From the human T2T-CHM13v2.0 reference genome, Homo sapiens, in the NCBI RefSeq assembly GCF_009914755.1, contig NC_060932.1: DNA of 64,000 nucleotides, one strand, 5' to 3'. Position 1 is the first letter of the stretch. Every line of letters starts with the position of its first letter. The notes under the pieces are model-generated. The model was not told where the DNA came from. It was given only the letters and a program-made list of their open reading frames with translations, and made no database searches. Made by a program: the position numbers and the translations under genes. This document shows positions 13,800-27,149 of the stretch, in pieces.

Positions 13800-13935
13800 A
13801 AACTCATTTCATCCTCATGAAACCTATGAGATAGGTGCTGGTATTATCAATCCCCATTTTTGCATTTATGAAAACTGATCTGTAGAGTAATTTGCCTGTG
13901 GCCATTCAGCCAGCAAGTGATAGAGCTGGGCAGTG
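13800..13935 (-). mobile_element. MIR SINE core
   Basis: tcatttcatcctca...ctatgagataggt...ccccattttt...gaaaactga...atttgcctgtggcca...agagctggg. Confidence 0.75.
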
Positions 13936-14707
13936 TGGCTCTGGCAGGCTACAGCATCTGCTTCTCAGTCACCCAGGAGATTGTGAGAAGTTGAGATGTA
14001 AAGGGGAAAAGGAGTTTTTCCAGTGTTGGTTTGCATATATAGTAATGACTATCACAAATTTATATAGAAACAAAAATGTAATTTTTAAAACTATGTATTT
14101 CACTCATTTCACTTTGACACAAACTAAAACTGAAAGTGGCCACCATAGCATCTGACTATAGAATGAATGCAGACTCTTAATATTCTCATTCTGCCATGGT
14201 AGAATAAACCATCTTGGAGTAGATTTGTTGTTATCCATGATCATTCTTAACACTCTTCATCATAACACCTGGTCAGTGTGCCTACCCTGTAGAAAGCACT
14301 ATTTGGGGGGCTAGAGTCTCTATAGTGCACCAGGCAGGCACACACTGGGCGAACTAATGGTTCAGCACTCTCCAAGTAGCTTCAGCTGTTGACTCACCCT
14401 GCTCAGCCCCAACACTGGGTATTGTGTCTTTTATTTTTGTTGAGATGTTTGTTATCATTTGCTAGAACCTCCCTGCTCATTAGGGTGGCAGGCACAATCG
14501 TGTGCTACTTATGGTTTTCTGGTTTCCTCTGCTTTTGAGGACCTCAGGTTTCAGGACAACTGTGCAGATCTGAGGCAACTATATCCCTCTTACAGTCCAA
14601 CAAGATTAGCCACATTAGCCACATCCTCATTTTCTGTCCGTTCCATCAGTGACAGTGGCTGGAAGGCACCCGTCCTTAGGTTAGTCACTTGGTGATCATT
14701 TTATTCC

Positions 14708-15178
14708 ATCACAATAACAATTTGGATGAATCTTATAGTACTTATGCTGAATGAAAAATTCAGTTTCAAAGGTTACATATTGCATAATTCCTTTAATACA
14801 ACATTCTTGAATCAGCTGAATTTTAAATAGAGAATAGATTAGTGGTTGCTAGTGAGAGAGAAGTAAGAGTGGTTCTCAAGTGAAGTCTTGTAATGACTAA
14901 ATAGCACTTTTCTGAGTGATGGTTACATAAAAATATACATGATAAAATTGCCCAGAACTGTGTGAGTACACATGTACACACACACATTAGCACCTTTGAG
15001 TAACTATAAAACTGCTGAAATCTGAATAAACCCTTTGATTGTACCAATGTCAATTTCTAGTTTGTTGTTATGCTATTCTTATGCAAGATGTTACAATATG
15101 GGGAAACTCGTAAAAAGCTCATGTGACTTAGCTGGATATTTTCATGTTCTGGTGAATCTATAATTGTTCTAAAAAAAG
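14708..15178 (+). mobile_element. L1MD-type 3' end
   Basis: tggatgaatct...tatgctgaatgaaaaa...agattagtggttgc...gattgtaccaatgtcaatttc...caagatgttacaatatggggaaact...gaatctataatt. Confidence 0.75.
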
Positions 15179-15879
15179 ATAAAAAAGCAAAGAATGGGAC
15201 TTATTTTTTATCATGCAACATTAATAATAAGAAAACAAGAATGGATACATGAGAAGCTAACAAAGAAGACTGACAAGAAAGGGATCACCAGTGATAGATA
15301 ATTATTCCGTAATGTAAAAGAGCCAATTTATCAAAGAGACATACAATCTCAGTTGTAAATATGCAACTAACAACAAAATATTGACCTTCAGGAGCAAAAC
15401 CATAGGAAAGGAAAGCAGATATAGAGAAGTTTAGGAGTATTGCTGTGGATTTTAATACTCTTCTCCCAAAAATTAAAACAATAAATAAAACAAATGGAAA
15501 AGGTTAGTAAAAGTAAATAATATTTGGACAATATTGTCATCTAAATAGACTTAATATTTGTAAGAAACTACGACATTGTACTCAAATAAAGAATTCATAT
15601 ACTTTTCAAACATACAACTTATTAACAAAGATATACCATATAGTGAGCTATAAAACACATTTATTTCAATAAAGTAAACAAAATTATAAAGAATATGTTT
15701 CTTATCCACCATAGAATTAAATTATAAAGAAAAGGGAACTATCTAGAAAAATATAAAACATGTAGAAAACATTCCATGTATTTTTATATAACTCATGAGT
15801 TAAGGAAGAACTTACTTTAAAAATAATAAAAATATTCAAACTGAGTAATAGTGAAAAAAACTTCAAAAATTATGGAATG

Positions 15880-17680
15880 AAACAATAGATCAGTGGAACA
15901 TAATAAAGAGCCAGAAACAGAAACACACACCAAAAAAAAAGGAGCAAAAAAATTCAATAGAAAATTTTTTTCAGCAAATCATGCTATAACAAATGCTCAT
16001 TCATTTGCAAAACAAGTAAGTCTAGACAAATACTTTACATCTTTCACAAAAATTAACTCAAAAAGGATCATAGGCATAAATGCAAAGTGTCAAATTATGA
16101 AACTCTTAGAACATAACATAGAAGAAATCTAGGTGACCTTAAGTTTGATGATAATTTTTTAGACACAAAAACAAAAGCATGATACATGAAAGAAAAAATT
16201 GTTAATTTGGTCCTCATCTGAATTTTTTAAACTCAGTTCATGAAAGACACTATGGCAAGAATGAAAAGACAAGTCATATACTGGGAGAAAATATCTGGAA
16301 AAAAAACTATACCTGGTAAAGTACCAGTTTTGAAAATTAAAAAAACCACTTAAAATGTAAGGATACGAAAACAAAAAACCCAATTGAAAATTGGGTGAAA
16401 TACCTAAACAAACACCTCATTAAGGAAGATGTACAGATGGCAAATAACCATATGAAAAGATGTTCACCATCAGATGTCATTAGGGAAATGCAAATTAAAA
16501 CAATGATGAGACACCGGTACTCACCTATTAGAATGTCTAAAACCCAAGACACTGACAACAACATATGATAGCAAGGATGTGAAGCAATAGGAACTGTAAT
16601 TTATTGCTGGTGGGAATGCAAATTGGTGCTGTCACTTCGGAAGACAGTTTGGCTGTTTCTTACAAAAAATAAACATACTTTCTTTGTTTGTTTGTTTTAG
16701 AAGGAGTTTCACTCCTGTTGCCCAGGCTGGAGTGCAATGACGCCACCGCAACCTCCAACTCCCGGGTTCAAGAAATTCTCCTGCCTCAGCCTCCTGAGTA
16801 GCTGGGATTACAGGCATTTTTAGTACTTTTAGTAGAGACGGGGCTTCTCCATGTTGGTCAGGCTGGTCTCGAACTACTGACTTCAGGTGATCCGCCCACC
16901 TCGGCCTCCCAATGTATTGAGATTACAGAGGTGAGCCACCCCGCCCAGACATAAACATACTTTTATTATACGATCCAGCAAGAGTTTCTTGCTCTCTTTC
17001 CAAAGTTGCTGAAAGCATGTCCACAGCAAAACCTGCACACAAGAGTTTACAGCAGGCTTATTCATAATTGCTAAAACACAGAAGCAGCCAAAATGCTCTT
17101 CACTAGGTAAATGAGTAAACCAACTGTGGCACATGCAGAAAATGAAATACTATTCAGTGATAAAATGAAATGATTTATGAAGCCACAAAGGGACATACCA
17201 GAAACTTAAATGTATATTACTAAGTGAAAGACGCCGATTTGAAAAGACTACATACTGTATGATTTCAACTACATGACACACCTGGAAGAGGCAAAACCAG
17301 GGAAACAGTAAAAACATCAGTGATTGCCAGGGGTTTAGGGAGACGGAAAAAATTAGGTGGGACAAAGAGGATGTTAAGGGCAGTTAAATTGCTTTGTGTG
17401 ATATGGTAATGATGGATCCATGCCATTTTACATTTCAAAACTCAGAGAATATGCAACACAGAGTGAAACCTAATACAGACTGTAGACTTGTCAATAATAT
17501 TGTATCAATATTGGTTCATCAATTGTAGCAAGAATACCACACTCAATCGAGATGTAAATAATGGTGGAAGCCAAGTATATGTGGTTGAAGAGGGGGTATG
17601 TAGGAACTCTTTGTACTGTCTGATCAATTTTTCTGTAAACCTAAAATTTCTCTAAATATTAAAGTATATTAATTCAAAAA
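15880..17680 (+). mobile_element. L1MC-type 5'-truncated element nested in the older L1
   Basis: atagatcagtggaaca...cacaaaaattaactcaaaa...tcattagggaaatgcaaattaaaacaa...tttctgtaaacctaaaa. Degenerate flanking duplication aattatggaatg / aattatgaaatg. Confidence 0.8.
16682..16950 (-). mobile_element. AluSp-like with two short internal deletions
   Basis: ggagtttcactcctgttgcccaggctggagtgcaatg and ttctccatgttggtcagg. TSD ataaacatacttt on both sides. Confidence 0.93.
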
Positions 17681-19157
17681 CAATTATGAAATGCAAGTGA
17701 AGCAATATTAAAGAGAAACAAGAATTTCACTGTTTTTGTAAGTAAAAAGAAGAAAGATATTAAATCAGGTAACTATGTTAACATCAAGCTAGTTTAAAAG
17801 AAAATGCAAATTAAACCTAAAGTAAGTGGAAGAAAGTAAATAATAATGATAATAGCAAAAGTTGGTGAAATTCTTAAAAAGTCAAACAATAAAAGAATAT
17901 TAAAGAACTAAAAGTGGATTTTTCAAAAGATTTATTAATTTTAAAAGCTCATAAATAAGACAATCAATGAAAGAAGAAACAGATATGCAATATCAGAAAT
18001 GAAAAAAGAACTTCATTAAAGGTCACAGACATTAAAAGTATTATAATGAAATTAGATGAAAACTTGATGTCAATATATTCAACAATGTTAATGAAATAGA
18101 CACATTCCTTGAAAGACAAAAATTACTAAAAGTGACAGATTGTAACATTTAAAAAATTCATAAAATGAACTAAATTTAATGAATGTAAATAAATATAATA
18201 AATATTAATGGCAAATGTCTTCATTGGTAAATGTTACCAAGCATTTAAATAAAGAAATAGTATAAAATTTACACAAGCTCTGAAAATAGAAGAAAATAAT
18301 TTGTATGTTATTTTATAAGTCCAGTGAAAAACTTTCTCAATAATAAATATATACACGCAAAACATGGCAAGTCAATAATAAATAACCTAATAAAACATGG
18401 GCAGTAGATTGAACATGTCTTCACAAAAGAAGATAGGATAATAACCAATAAGTACATGAAATTAAGCTCAGTATCATTAGTCATATGAATAATATCAATT
18501 AAATCCACAAAGAGATATCATGTCACACACATTAGAATGCCTGAAATTAAAAAAGACCTACAAAACTAAACATTAGAAAAGGCATGGAATGGACACACTT
18601 ATGCATTACTCATAGCATTGTAAAATGTTACAACTGCTTTGGGAAATTATTTGGCAGATTGTGATAGATCTGAATAGACATGTACATATGACCCACAGTT
18701 CTGCTATTCATTAGAGAACTTAAAAAAAAAACTGCTCAAGAATATTTATAGTAGCTTTATTCACAATAGTCAAAGATTAAAAACCTCTCAAAAGTTTATG
18801 GACAGGTGACTAGATAAACATATTTTGGCATATTCATCCAATATGTTACTTAAAATAAAACTAATTAGCTATTGATACGTGCTACAACATGGATCAATAT
18901 TAGATGTGATAGAAAGCAAAATAATACAAAGAAAGAGTCAATACTGTGTAATTCTATTCATATTAAATTAAAAACTGGGCAAGATTTTACTAAAGTAATT
19001 GAAATCAGAACACCTGTTTCTTAGAGAAGATGACATCATTTGGGAAGGGACAAATGGAGATAAAGAAATGTTCTATATTTTTATTGGCATGTGGGAACTT
19101 GTATATTCATTTGCTAAATTTCATTGTAGAGTACAGTTAAAATCTGTGAATTTTACT

Positions 19158-19253
19158 GTATATATGTTTGTATGTGTATATATGTGTATGTGTATGTATG
19201 TATATATGTATAATATATACATTGTATTTGTGTATATATGTATAATATATATA
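19158..19253. repeat. Degenerate (TA)n/(TATG)n microsatellite
   Basis: Directly visible. Confidence 0.85.
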
Positions 19254-19264
19254 AATCATTAATG

Positions 19265-20860
19265 ATATGTATTTGAGTCCTTTTCTAGAATCTCTGTTGT
19301 AATTTCATGTATTTATCTGTCTGTCCTTTCATCAATACCAAGCTGCCTTAATTATTGTTGCCTTAAGATAAGTCTTGAAATCCAGTAACGTTTGTCCTCT
19401 GTTCTGTGCGGGAAATGAGCGAGGGGAAAAGAAAAGACACACACACAATACTTTTAATGGTAAACAACGTTTTTCCCATGTAAATGGCAGTGCAGTTATA
19501 ATAAGCAAATGATATAATAAGCAAATTGCAATGAGAAGGGGAGAAGGGAAAAGATACATGTATATTTATACTCACCCGACTCTGGAGGATTCATCACAAG
19601 ACCCGAGAAGCAACAGCCTGGGCTCCAGAGTCAGCTGCCCATCCGTGCACAGAGAAAGAGAGGTCTCACGAAGCTTCAGCGCGGTCTGGGACCCTACCTC
19701 TTTTTGTAAGGACCCTAGCTCTTTTTGTAACGAGTTGTTTGGCATGAGGCCCAGTCACGAGGGCCCTTCGCGACTGGGCTCAAGGAACACAAAAAGGTCA
19801 ACTTGTTTTTGCAATTGTCTGTTGTTTTTCAATAATTAACGTATACGAATAGATTGAAATAGAGATTTCTCCTAAACAGTGTTGGATGAATGCCTCAAGG
19901 GGCTCACACTACCTATTCCTGGATTTGGTGACTACTGTTTGTGTCCACGTTCAGTTGGGTTCAAATTTAATATTTAACTTTTCCTCCACATCCTCCAGCT
20001 TTATTCTTTCTCAAAATTGTTTTGACTATTCTAATTCCTTCTGCTTTTCTATGTAAATTTTATCATTTGCTGCACAGAAGCCTGTTGTAATTTTTATTAG
20101 GATTGCAATGAATCTACATGTTAATTTGAGGATAATTGGCAACCAAAAATTATTTGCTTTTCTAATTCATAAACAAATACAACTCTCCATTTATCGAAGT
20201 TGTCATTGGTTTGCTTTTAAGAGTGATGTATAGCTTTAAACAATAGACATCCTATTTGTATCTTATAATATGTATAAGTAAGTATTTTTGGTGCTGTTGT
20301 AAATACTTTAAAAAGTAGATTTTGAATTCATTGTTTTTGCAATGATTTTATATATTTACCTTATATCCTGCAATCTTGTTAAACTCATAAGTTCTAGAAG
20401 TTTTTTCTGGTAGATTACATGGGAGATTCTATGTAATCATTAATAGAGACAGTTGTATTTCTGCTGTTTAAATCTGTTTGCCTTTTATTTCTTTTTTTGC
20501 CTTATAATACTGGCTTGAAATTCAGATATGATGTGGAAAGAAGCATTGAGAATAGAAATTCTTATTCCTGATCTTAGGAGACAACTATTCAGCATTTCAC
20601 AATTAAGCATTTTTTTAACTATTTTTTTAAAAATAGATTGCCTATTCAGTTTAAGGAAGCTTTCTTCTATCCTTAGTGCACTAAGAGATTTAATTTAAAT
20701 GGATGTTAATTTTTCTTTTTTTCTGTAGCTGTTGAGACAAGCATGTAATTTTCCTTGTTTGGTCTGTTAATATGTGCCACAATACATGGCTTGATTGTCA
20801 AATATCAAACCAGCTTTGCATTCCTTGGCTAATCTCCACTTAATTGTAACACACACTTTT
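19265..20860 (-). mobile_element. Old L1 ORF2 remnant interrupted by the LTR18 solo LTR
   Basis: taagtcttgaaatc...tcctc|cagctttattcttt, aggattgcaatgaatctaca, ttcctgatcttagg, aaccagctttgcattcct. Confidence 0.75.
19400..19990 (-). mobile_element. LTR18B-like (HERVL18) solo LTR
   Basis: Minus strand reads TGTGGAGGAAAAGTTAAATATTAAATTTGAAC...CCCGCACAGAACA. Exact 5-bp TSD TCCTC at 19395-19399 and 19991-19995. Confidence 0.88.
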
Positions 20861-20949
20861 AAGACCATCACTTTCTTCTCAGTGCAATTTTAGTTGAATC
20901 TCCAAAGGTTTTCTTTTTTTTTTTTTTTTCTAGATAAAGACTAATGAAG

Positions 20950-21112
20950 GTTCTGGGTGGTGACACAGAAGTACTGAGAGAGTGGAGCATCCAAAGAGGA
21001 CATGGAAGCTCAGCCTCACCCCAGCCCCATACTTTGCCCTATACATGTCTTCTTCTTGGCTGTTACTGAGTTGTAGTTGTGTCCTTTATAATGAAATCAG
21101 AAAACCTAAAAC
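20950..21112 (+). mobile_element. MER21C-like LTR fragment
   Basis: gaggacatggaagctc...ccccatactttgccctatacat...ttggctgttactgagttgta...cctttataat. Confidence 0.7.
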
Positions 21113-24100
21113 TAGTAAATCTGTCTGCAGCTCAGATACTGAGAGTGGCTTTCATTAAGGCCAATAAAGGAAACCCTGGTCTCACACAATACATTGTTTT
21201 GGCAACTTTAGAGAAAAAAAATATAAACATTAAGATCACAGGATTTCTTCTTATGGCAGCTGTTAATGTATAATAGTAGATAATTGAATGACTAGAGCCA
21301 GAATTCCAGGATGTAAATGAAAGTCACAAGCACTTACACAAATTCTCAGTAAGTTTCCAGTGAGCTCAATGACAGAGTGAGGATTCTGTAGACAATTAAG
21401 GATATAAAGAGTGAAATAAAAGAGCTCGATATAGTGAATAATGTCTTCAAGAAATATCAATACCAGAACTACGGGGCACTTGAACACCAAAAGAAAGTAT
21501 TTTTAAAGTATTCTAAAAGTTTCAATGGTATTCTGAAAACTTATTTCAAAGATGACAAAGCAACAAATGTTCTCAAGTGTTTATTGATTAACTCATCAAA
21601 CAAACTTGATTATTCAGACACTAAAAATTGTGGCCTGAAAGTTCTATGTTGGATGTGCTTCCAGCAGTGTGTCAAAATGCCTTTATCTGTAAATTTTCAT
21701 GTTTGACTGTATCAATTATGTCTTCCTTAAAGAGTTATAATGAAGGATTTTAAATGAGATTGTTGCTTTTTTTACCATGTTTTTGTAAAATGTAGCATAA
21801 TCATAGTTTCACACCAAAGATTTTGCGTCACTTTTGCTCTGATCGTTTTTTAAGAACTGTAGATCAAAAAAGTATGCCTTAATGTGTCATTATATTCCAT
21901 TTTGAAAAAGAATTATAAATATTGTTGTTTGTTTCTGACATTTTAAGATCAAAGCAATATGCTGCAAGAGAATGTATTTAACAATATTTGGTGGAAAATA
22001 GTTTATGTTTAAAAAGATAATCATAATTGGAAAATAATAATAACATCTATTTATTATTCTATTTGTTTAACAATTGTCTTCTTAAATTTTATAATAAGAA
22101 GTACATAAGAAGTACACTAACATGAAGTATATAAGAGTTCACCAATCACACCAGGATTACAGGAGTCAGCAAAGAATTCCTGAAGAAGTTATTCATAACC
22201 TGAAACCTGAAAGATAAGTAAGACAATCTGTTGAAATAGGTCTAAAATTAGACAGGAAGAATATTTCTACTAATGAAGAGGTTTATTGGCAAGCTCATAG
22301 TCTACGTTGCTAAGATAAAGAGATCCCACCAATCTCTAAAGGAATTATTGTTTATTTTTCTCTCTAATGTGAGTTTGGAGATAGGATATGTCATGGAGCA
22401 GACAAACTACTTCAATGCATGGGATTATGAATGATTGAACCCTTTTCATCTTTTCCTTCGTCATTTTTTGAGTGTTTTCCTCACTGAAGGATTCAAGTTA
22501 GCTCAAGTTTATATTCACATTTTACCCCTGGAGAATGGCAGAAAAGAGAGGAAATGTTCAGGATAACTGGCTCACGTTTAAGTTGTAGATAACTTAGAAG
22601 CTGTATACAATACTTCTGTTCATACTTCATATGTTATTTATTTAAGATAAATTATATGGGAAAAACTTTGAAAGCATGGAACTTAAAAAAAGAAAAACTG
22701 GAATGATTTCTCAATGCAGTCTATAAGATGAGCGTCCCTGTTTTGTTCATCGTTTTTATTTTTTTGCTGTTGTTTGTTGTGATTGTTGTTTTGTGACCAT
22801 TTCTCCCCCAGAGAAGGTTAAAAAGTTAGAAATCCACCAAAGCAATGCTTGCCCTTCTTTGATGTCCTCCTTTTCTTCTAGTCATAGTTTCTGATAAATA
22901 CATGTTTAGTGTGAATAACTGTGTATAAACAAAGAGGATGTATTGCTATGCAAGACTTTGTCATTTAATTTCTATTTTTAGACTTAGAGTGAAAAAGAAG
23001 TTTGCTCAAATTTAGGTCCCAGAAGCAATTAAAAGAAAAAAAAATGTGTATACAAAAGTGTAATATTGCTTAGATGTGCTAGTAGAGTCATAAATTAAAT
23101 CTCAGCATATGCATTATAAATTTATACAGAACTTGATTTTGTTGGTATTTAAATAAGTATAAAGAGCATTTAGTGCAAGGTGCCTTATCAAGCAGTATTC
23201 AATTTTAATAATTATGAGCAAAACCATAGGTATTTTGTAGAATTATCAACCTTTTAATTAATTATTTATGTTTGCTAATAAACTTTGAATTTATCTTTGT
23301 GAATTTAACCCTTGGAAGTAATCTGTGACTTGGATAACATGGAAGGATATCTTGCTTATTTAGTTCTGTGAAGTGAAGCACAGCTTCCCTCCCCAGCACT
23401 CCCGCACCACTGTGCTCATGTATCATAGCTTTCCTTTCCCATTAGAGCCTTCACTCAAACTCTTCTAATCATTTTTCATTGTATTTGTTCAGTTCCTCTA
23501 ATAAGCTCCTTGGAGGCCATAATATTGTTCTATTAATTTCTGTCTCCCACAGCCACAAATTAAGCAATCAAATTTTTTCGAAAGGCATTGTGAGGTTTGC
23601 TTATTTTTCTTAATTTTCCCATTCCAGAGTGCCCTTGTCTTTACCATAATCCATGCTACTGAAAACAAATTTTTCTTGAATCGCCTGGTGTTAGCAATTG
23701 AAATGAAAATTGTATGGTATAGAATGAACTAAATGGCCACTTCATTATTTGTCCATTCTAAACATCTTAATAGTTGTGGACTGCCCCATCCATACTCAGC
23801 TATTTTCCTTCCTAGTTTTGTCAGTCCTAGAAACAAGTCAGATGATGTTCAGGCAAGGGCATTAATGAATGTAGTGAAATGACAGAGACAATGACCTTGT
23901 CTATTTGCATTCTCTAACTATCCTTGTTCAACTAAGAGCATATAATAACTTCAAAAGTGAAGAATTTGATATCAGAAAATAAATATTCATGGAAAGTGAA
24001 TTGTTTAATTTGAATGTTTTAATATTTATTAAATTCCTATTACTACAGTCTACTTATTAAATTATCTCTTCTGTACCAATATAAGAGAACACCGGCAATA

Positions 24101-25465
24101 TAACCACTCTAACATGTTATTATTCTAAATGCATACTTTGCTGACATTTGTTTGCCCTCAGAGCAGGTCTATTAATTTTTTTTTAATTTATAGTGTAACA
24201 ATATTTTCCTACTTCAGGATAGGTCATCTTGCAAAGTAGGCACTTACGAAATTATAGATAAAATAGGAACAAATGAAAGATTACTAGTGAAAAGAAGCAG
24301 TTGTTCTCTTAGTCTTTTCTCCCACAACAGTTAGACTTTGTTTTCCAATATACTAAAATTTAAATTTCAGAAGGCTATTTCAACTGCTATTAAATAAGCT
24401 TTAAAGCATGCTTATCCCAGAATAAAGTTTTTACACACTTAGACGTTTTAGTAAAACCATATAAGATCAACTAAGTACTTACAATTGTTTTCTAAAAAAT
24501 ATTCTTGGGCTCGAGAGAAATTTTAAGGCAAACCTAGGTAGCTTTAAGCAGCTAATTAATATCCAGAGAGCTCGGCATATTAGACTATAATCAAATGCTG
24601 TTGATTTTGGTTTCCTGCCATATAAAATGCATAGGCCCTGACTTATTCAAGGGAATAATGGAGCACATTTTGGAGAATATGAGATTGTGATTAATGCATC
24701 AAAGTACCACAGCAGAATGAGAAGGCCAGTCCCAGCTTTAATTACTTCACAGAAGCAGCTGTTCACCCATTATAGGGCATGAGTGTCATTGGCATCCTCT
24801 CTGTCCTCACCCCACAGATGCGGATGTAATGTCTCCAGGTGAGGGAGCACAGCTGCTCAGTGGCTGCGCATCCCTAACAGAGCCAGTGGCTGCCTGCTGC
24901 TGTGGAACCGCAGTGTCTGTCAGGCTGCCCTCCAGCACCGTCACAGAAGTACAGTCAGATTCATTTTATGGCAAGGATATGTGCATATCTCTCTCAGGAG
25001 TCCTGCCACTGAAAAAAGACTTTCAGAAGTCACTTCCTCCTGGGCTCCGGTTTTCCAGTAGGCAGTGTGAGGAACATCTGGGTGGTCAGTTCCTAAAGGA
25101 TTCTACTTTCTGCAGCCAGGAAATCTTTGTCTTCCCAGAGATTATCAATGATAAAGCATAGCCCAAAATAACTGCTTCAAAACAATACAATTATTAGAAA
25201 AAAATGCTCTTTAATGCTATTTGAATAGGCATGATTTTTCCTAGGAACTGTGTGTAACCATAAAGGAAAAGTGAGACAGATACAGTGGATAGAAATTATA
25301 AATGCTTGCAAAACAGGAGTTACCATAAATAAAGTTGAAAACAGAAATAAGAGAAAATGTTTGCTGGGTAAATAATAGATGAAGAATTTAGCTTTGCTTA
25401 TATACAAAGACTGACTGTTAATAAGAATGTGACAAACAATCTAATTGATATGTGGACAAACAGCA

Positions 25466-26361
25466 TGTGATAGATTGTACACACGGCCACGGAATTTTAC
25501 AAGTCATGTCATATAAGTGGAGAGCATTTTCCTAACTTTCACATCTTTTCTGGCTTTGCGATTTGCTTTGACCAATAGAATATCGTCAGGGTCATACATT
25601 GCTAATTCTTCTTCTTTTTAATTTAAACTTTTAGATACAGGGGGGATATTTGCAAATTTGTTATATGGGTATATTGCATGATGCTGAGGTTTGAGGTATG
25701 GATCCCATCACCCAGGTAGTGAGCATAGTACAGGATAGGTAGTTTTTCAACCCAGGTTCACCTCCCTCCCTCCCCTTTTAGCCTTGGCAAAGAAGGTTTG
25801 GCTGAGTCCCTAAAAGCAATTGCAGCAAAAACAAAAATTGACAAGTGGGACTTAATTAAAGAGCTTCTGCCCAGCAAAAGAAACTATCCACAGAGTAAAC
25901 AGAAAACCCACAGAACAAGAGAAAATATTTGCAAACTGTACATTCAAAGATGATCTAATATCCAGAGTCTATAACAAACTTAAACAAACCAACAGGCAGA
26001 AAACCACCCCATTTAAAAGTGGGCAAAGGACATGAACAGACACTTCTCAAAAAAAGACATAGAGGCAATGCAAATTCTAGGCAAAAGCCTCAAGAATCCT
26101 TGCAGTGGCTTTTAGACTTCTCTGGTGAGTTCTTCTGCTTTTGGAACAGAGACAATTTATTTCAAAAGTGCCAGGAAAATCTGCTTGAAAATGAAAGCTA
26201 TTTGGACTGAGCCACTGTTATCATTCCCCGCTGACATCATGCCAACTTTTGGACATGTGCTATAAGGGCATAGTAGACCACCTAATTCCCAGTAAGCCTC
26301 CGGAGAACCACACACTCAGAAAGATGATAAACATTGCTTTGCACAAAAGCTAACTGATAGG
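25466..26361 (+). mobile_element. Old MLT1 (G/H-like) LTR split by an L1 insertion
   Basis: tgtgatagattg...gatttgctttgaccaatagaat before the L1. aggcaaaagcctcaaga...ggacatgtg...aagctaactgata after it. Confidence 0.55.
25610..26068 (-). mobile_element. 5'-inverted (twin-primed) L1PA13-16-like insertion
   Basis: L1 3' end on the minus strand (25610-25780) joined to an ORF2 3' segment on the plus strand (25781-26068). TSD tgctaattct / tgcaaattct. Confidence 0.85.
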
Positions 26362-27149
26362 GAATATGACCATGTGATTTACGAAGAAATGTAAATCAAC
26401 AGTAAACCAGGATATTATGCTAAGGTTTACTAACTACTAAGGAAATCCAAACACACACATTATAAGATTCATTATACAATTCTTTTTTATTTAATTGGGA
26501 ACAAAATTATTGAAGGCTGGAAAATATCTACAGCCAGCAAGTATGAGTAAAATAGGTACACATGCAATTTATCTGGAATATAAATCAGTGCAAACTTTGT
26601 TGAAAGTAATTTAGTAGTTCCACTTCTATCATTCTCTCTCATAGAAAGAATGGCACAAATGTGCAGAGATCTTTGTAAAGATACTCATTGCAATATGGTA
26701 GTGAAATAAAAAGAATCAACACATTTCAAAAATTGGATTTGACTGTAATTGATAAAACAAGGATGTAATGGGAGCTTAAATGGCATATTGTTTTTCTCTA
26801 TCACATACAAAAGGCTGATAGGCAGCAGCAAGATCATGAAAGGAGCTTGGTCCTACCATCTTGTCATCACACAGTTTTCAATGTGAGACTTCAGTGGTTT
26901 AAAGTATACAACATGTTCATATATTAAAATAGTATTTTCTATGAATAATATTATTAATCAATATAGCTGATCCACCTACACAGACAGTCCTGGAAAGACA
27001 TTCAAGAGATATTTTTCGATAATAAAAGCAAATTGGCAGAACACTGTGTACATATAGATATGGGTAGATGTGAATCGATCTTTAGAAACTTCATAACATT
27101 TTAACAATATAAAGCCATATAAAGTGTAAGTTATTTTAATATTAATTTA

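Larger units (their letters stand above)
15185..19160 (+). mobile_element. Old L1 (L1M/L1ME) ORF2 endonuclease-to-3' remnant hosting a nested younger L1
   Basis: Degenerate endonuclease-domain sequence at 15185-15875 resumes colinearly at 17680 (aaatgcaagtgaagcaatattaaagagaaa). 3'-UTR-like sequence at 18400-19160. Confidence 0.65.

Noticed and set aside
22300-22640. Possible ancient MLT1 LTR (similar hint at about 52090-52400)
   Set aside because: Too diverged to support without an HMM search.
24829-25161. 110-aa ORF in the GC-elevated island
   Set aside because: No recognisable domain. The length is plausible by chance at this GC content, and it reads through a strong donor site.
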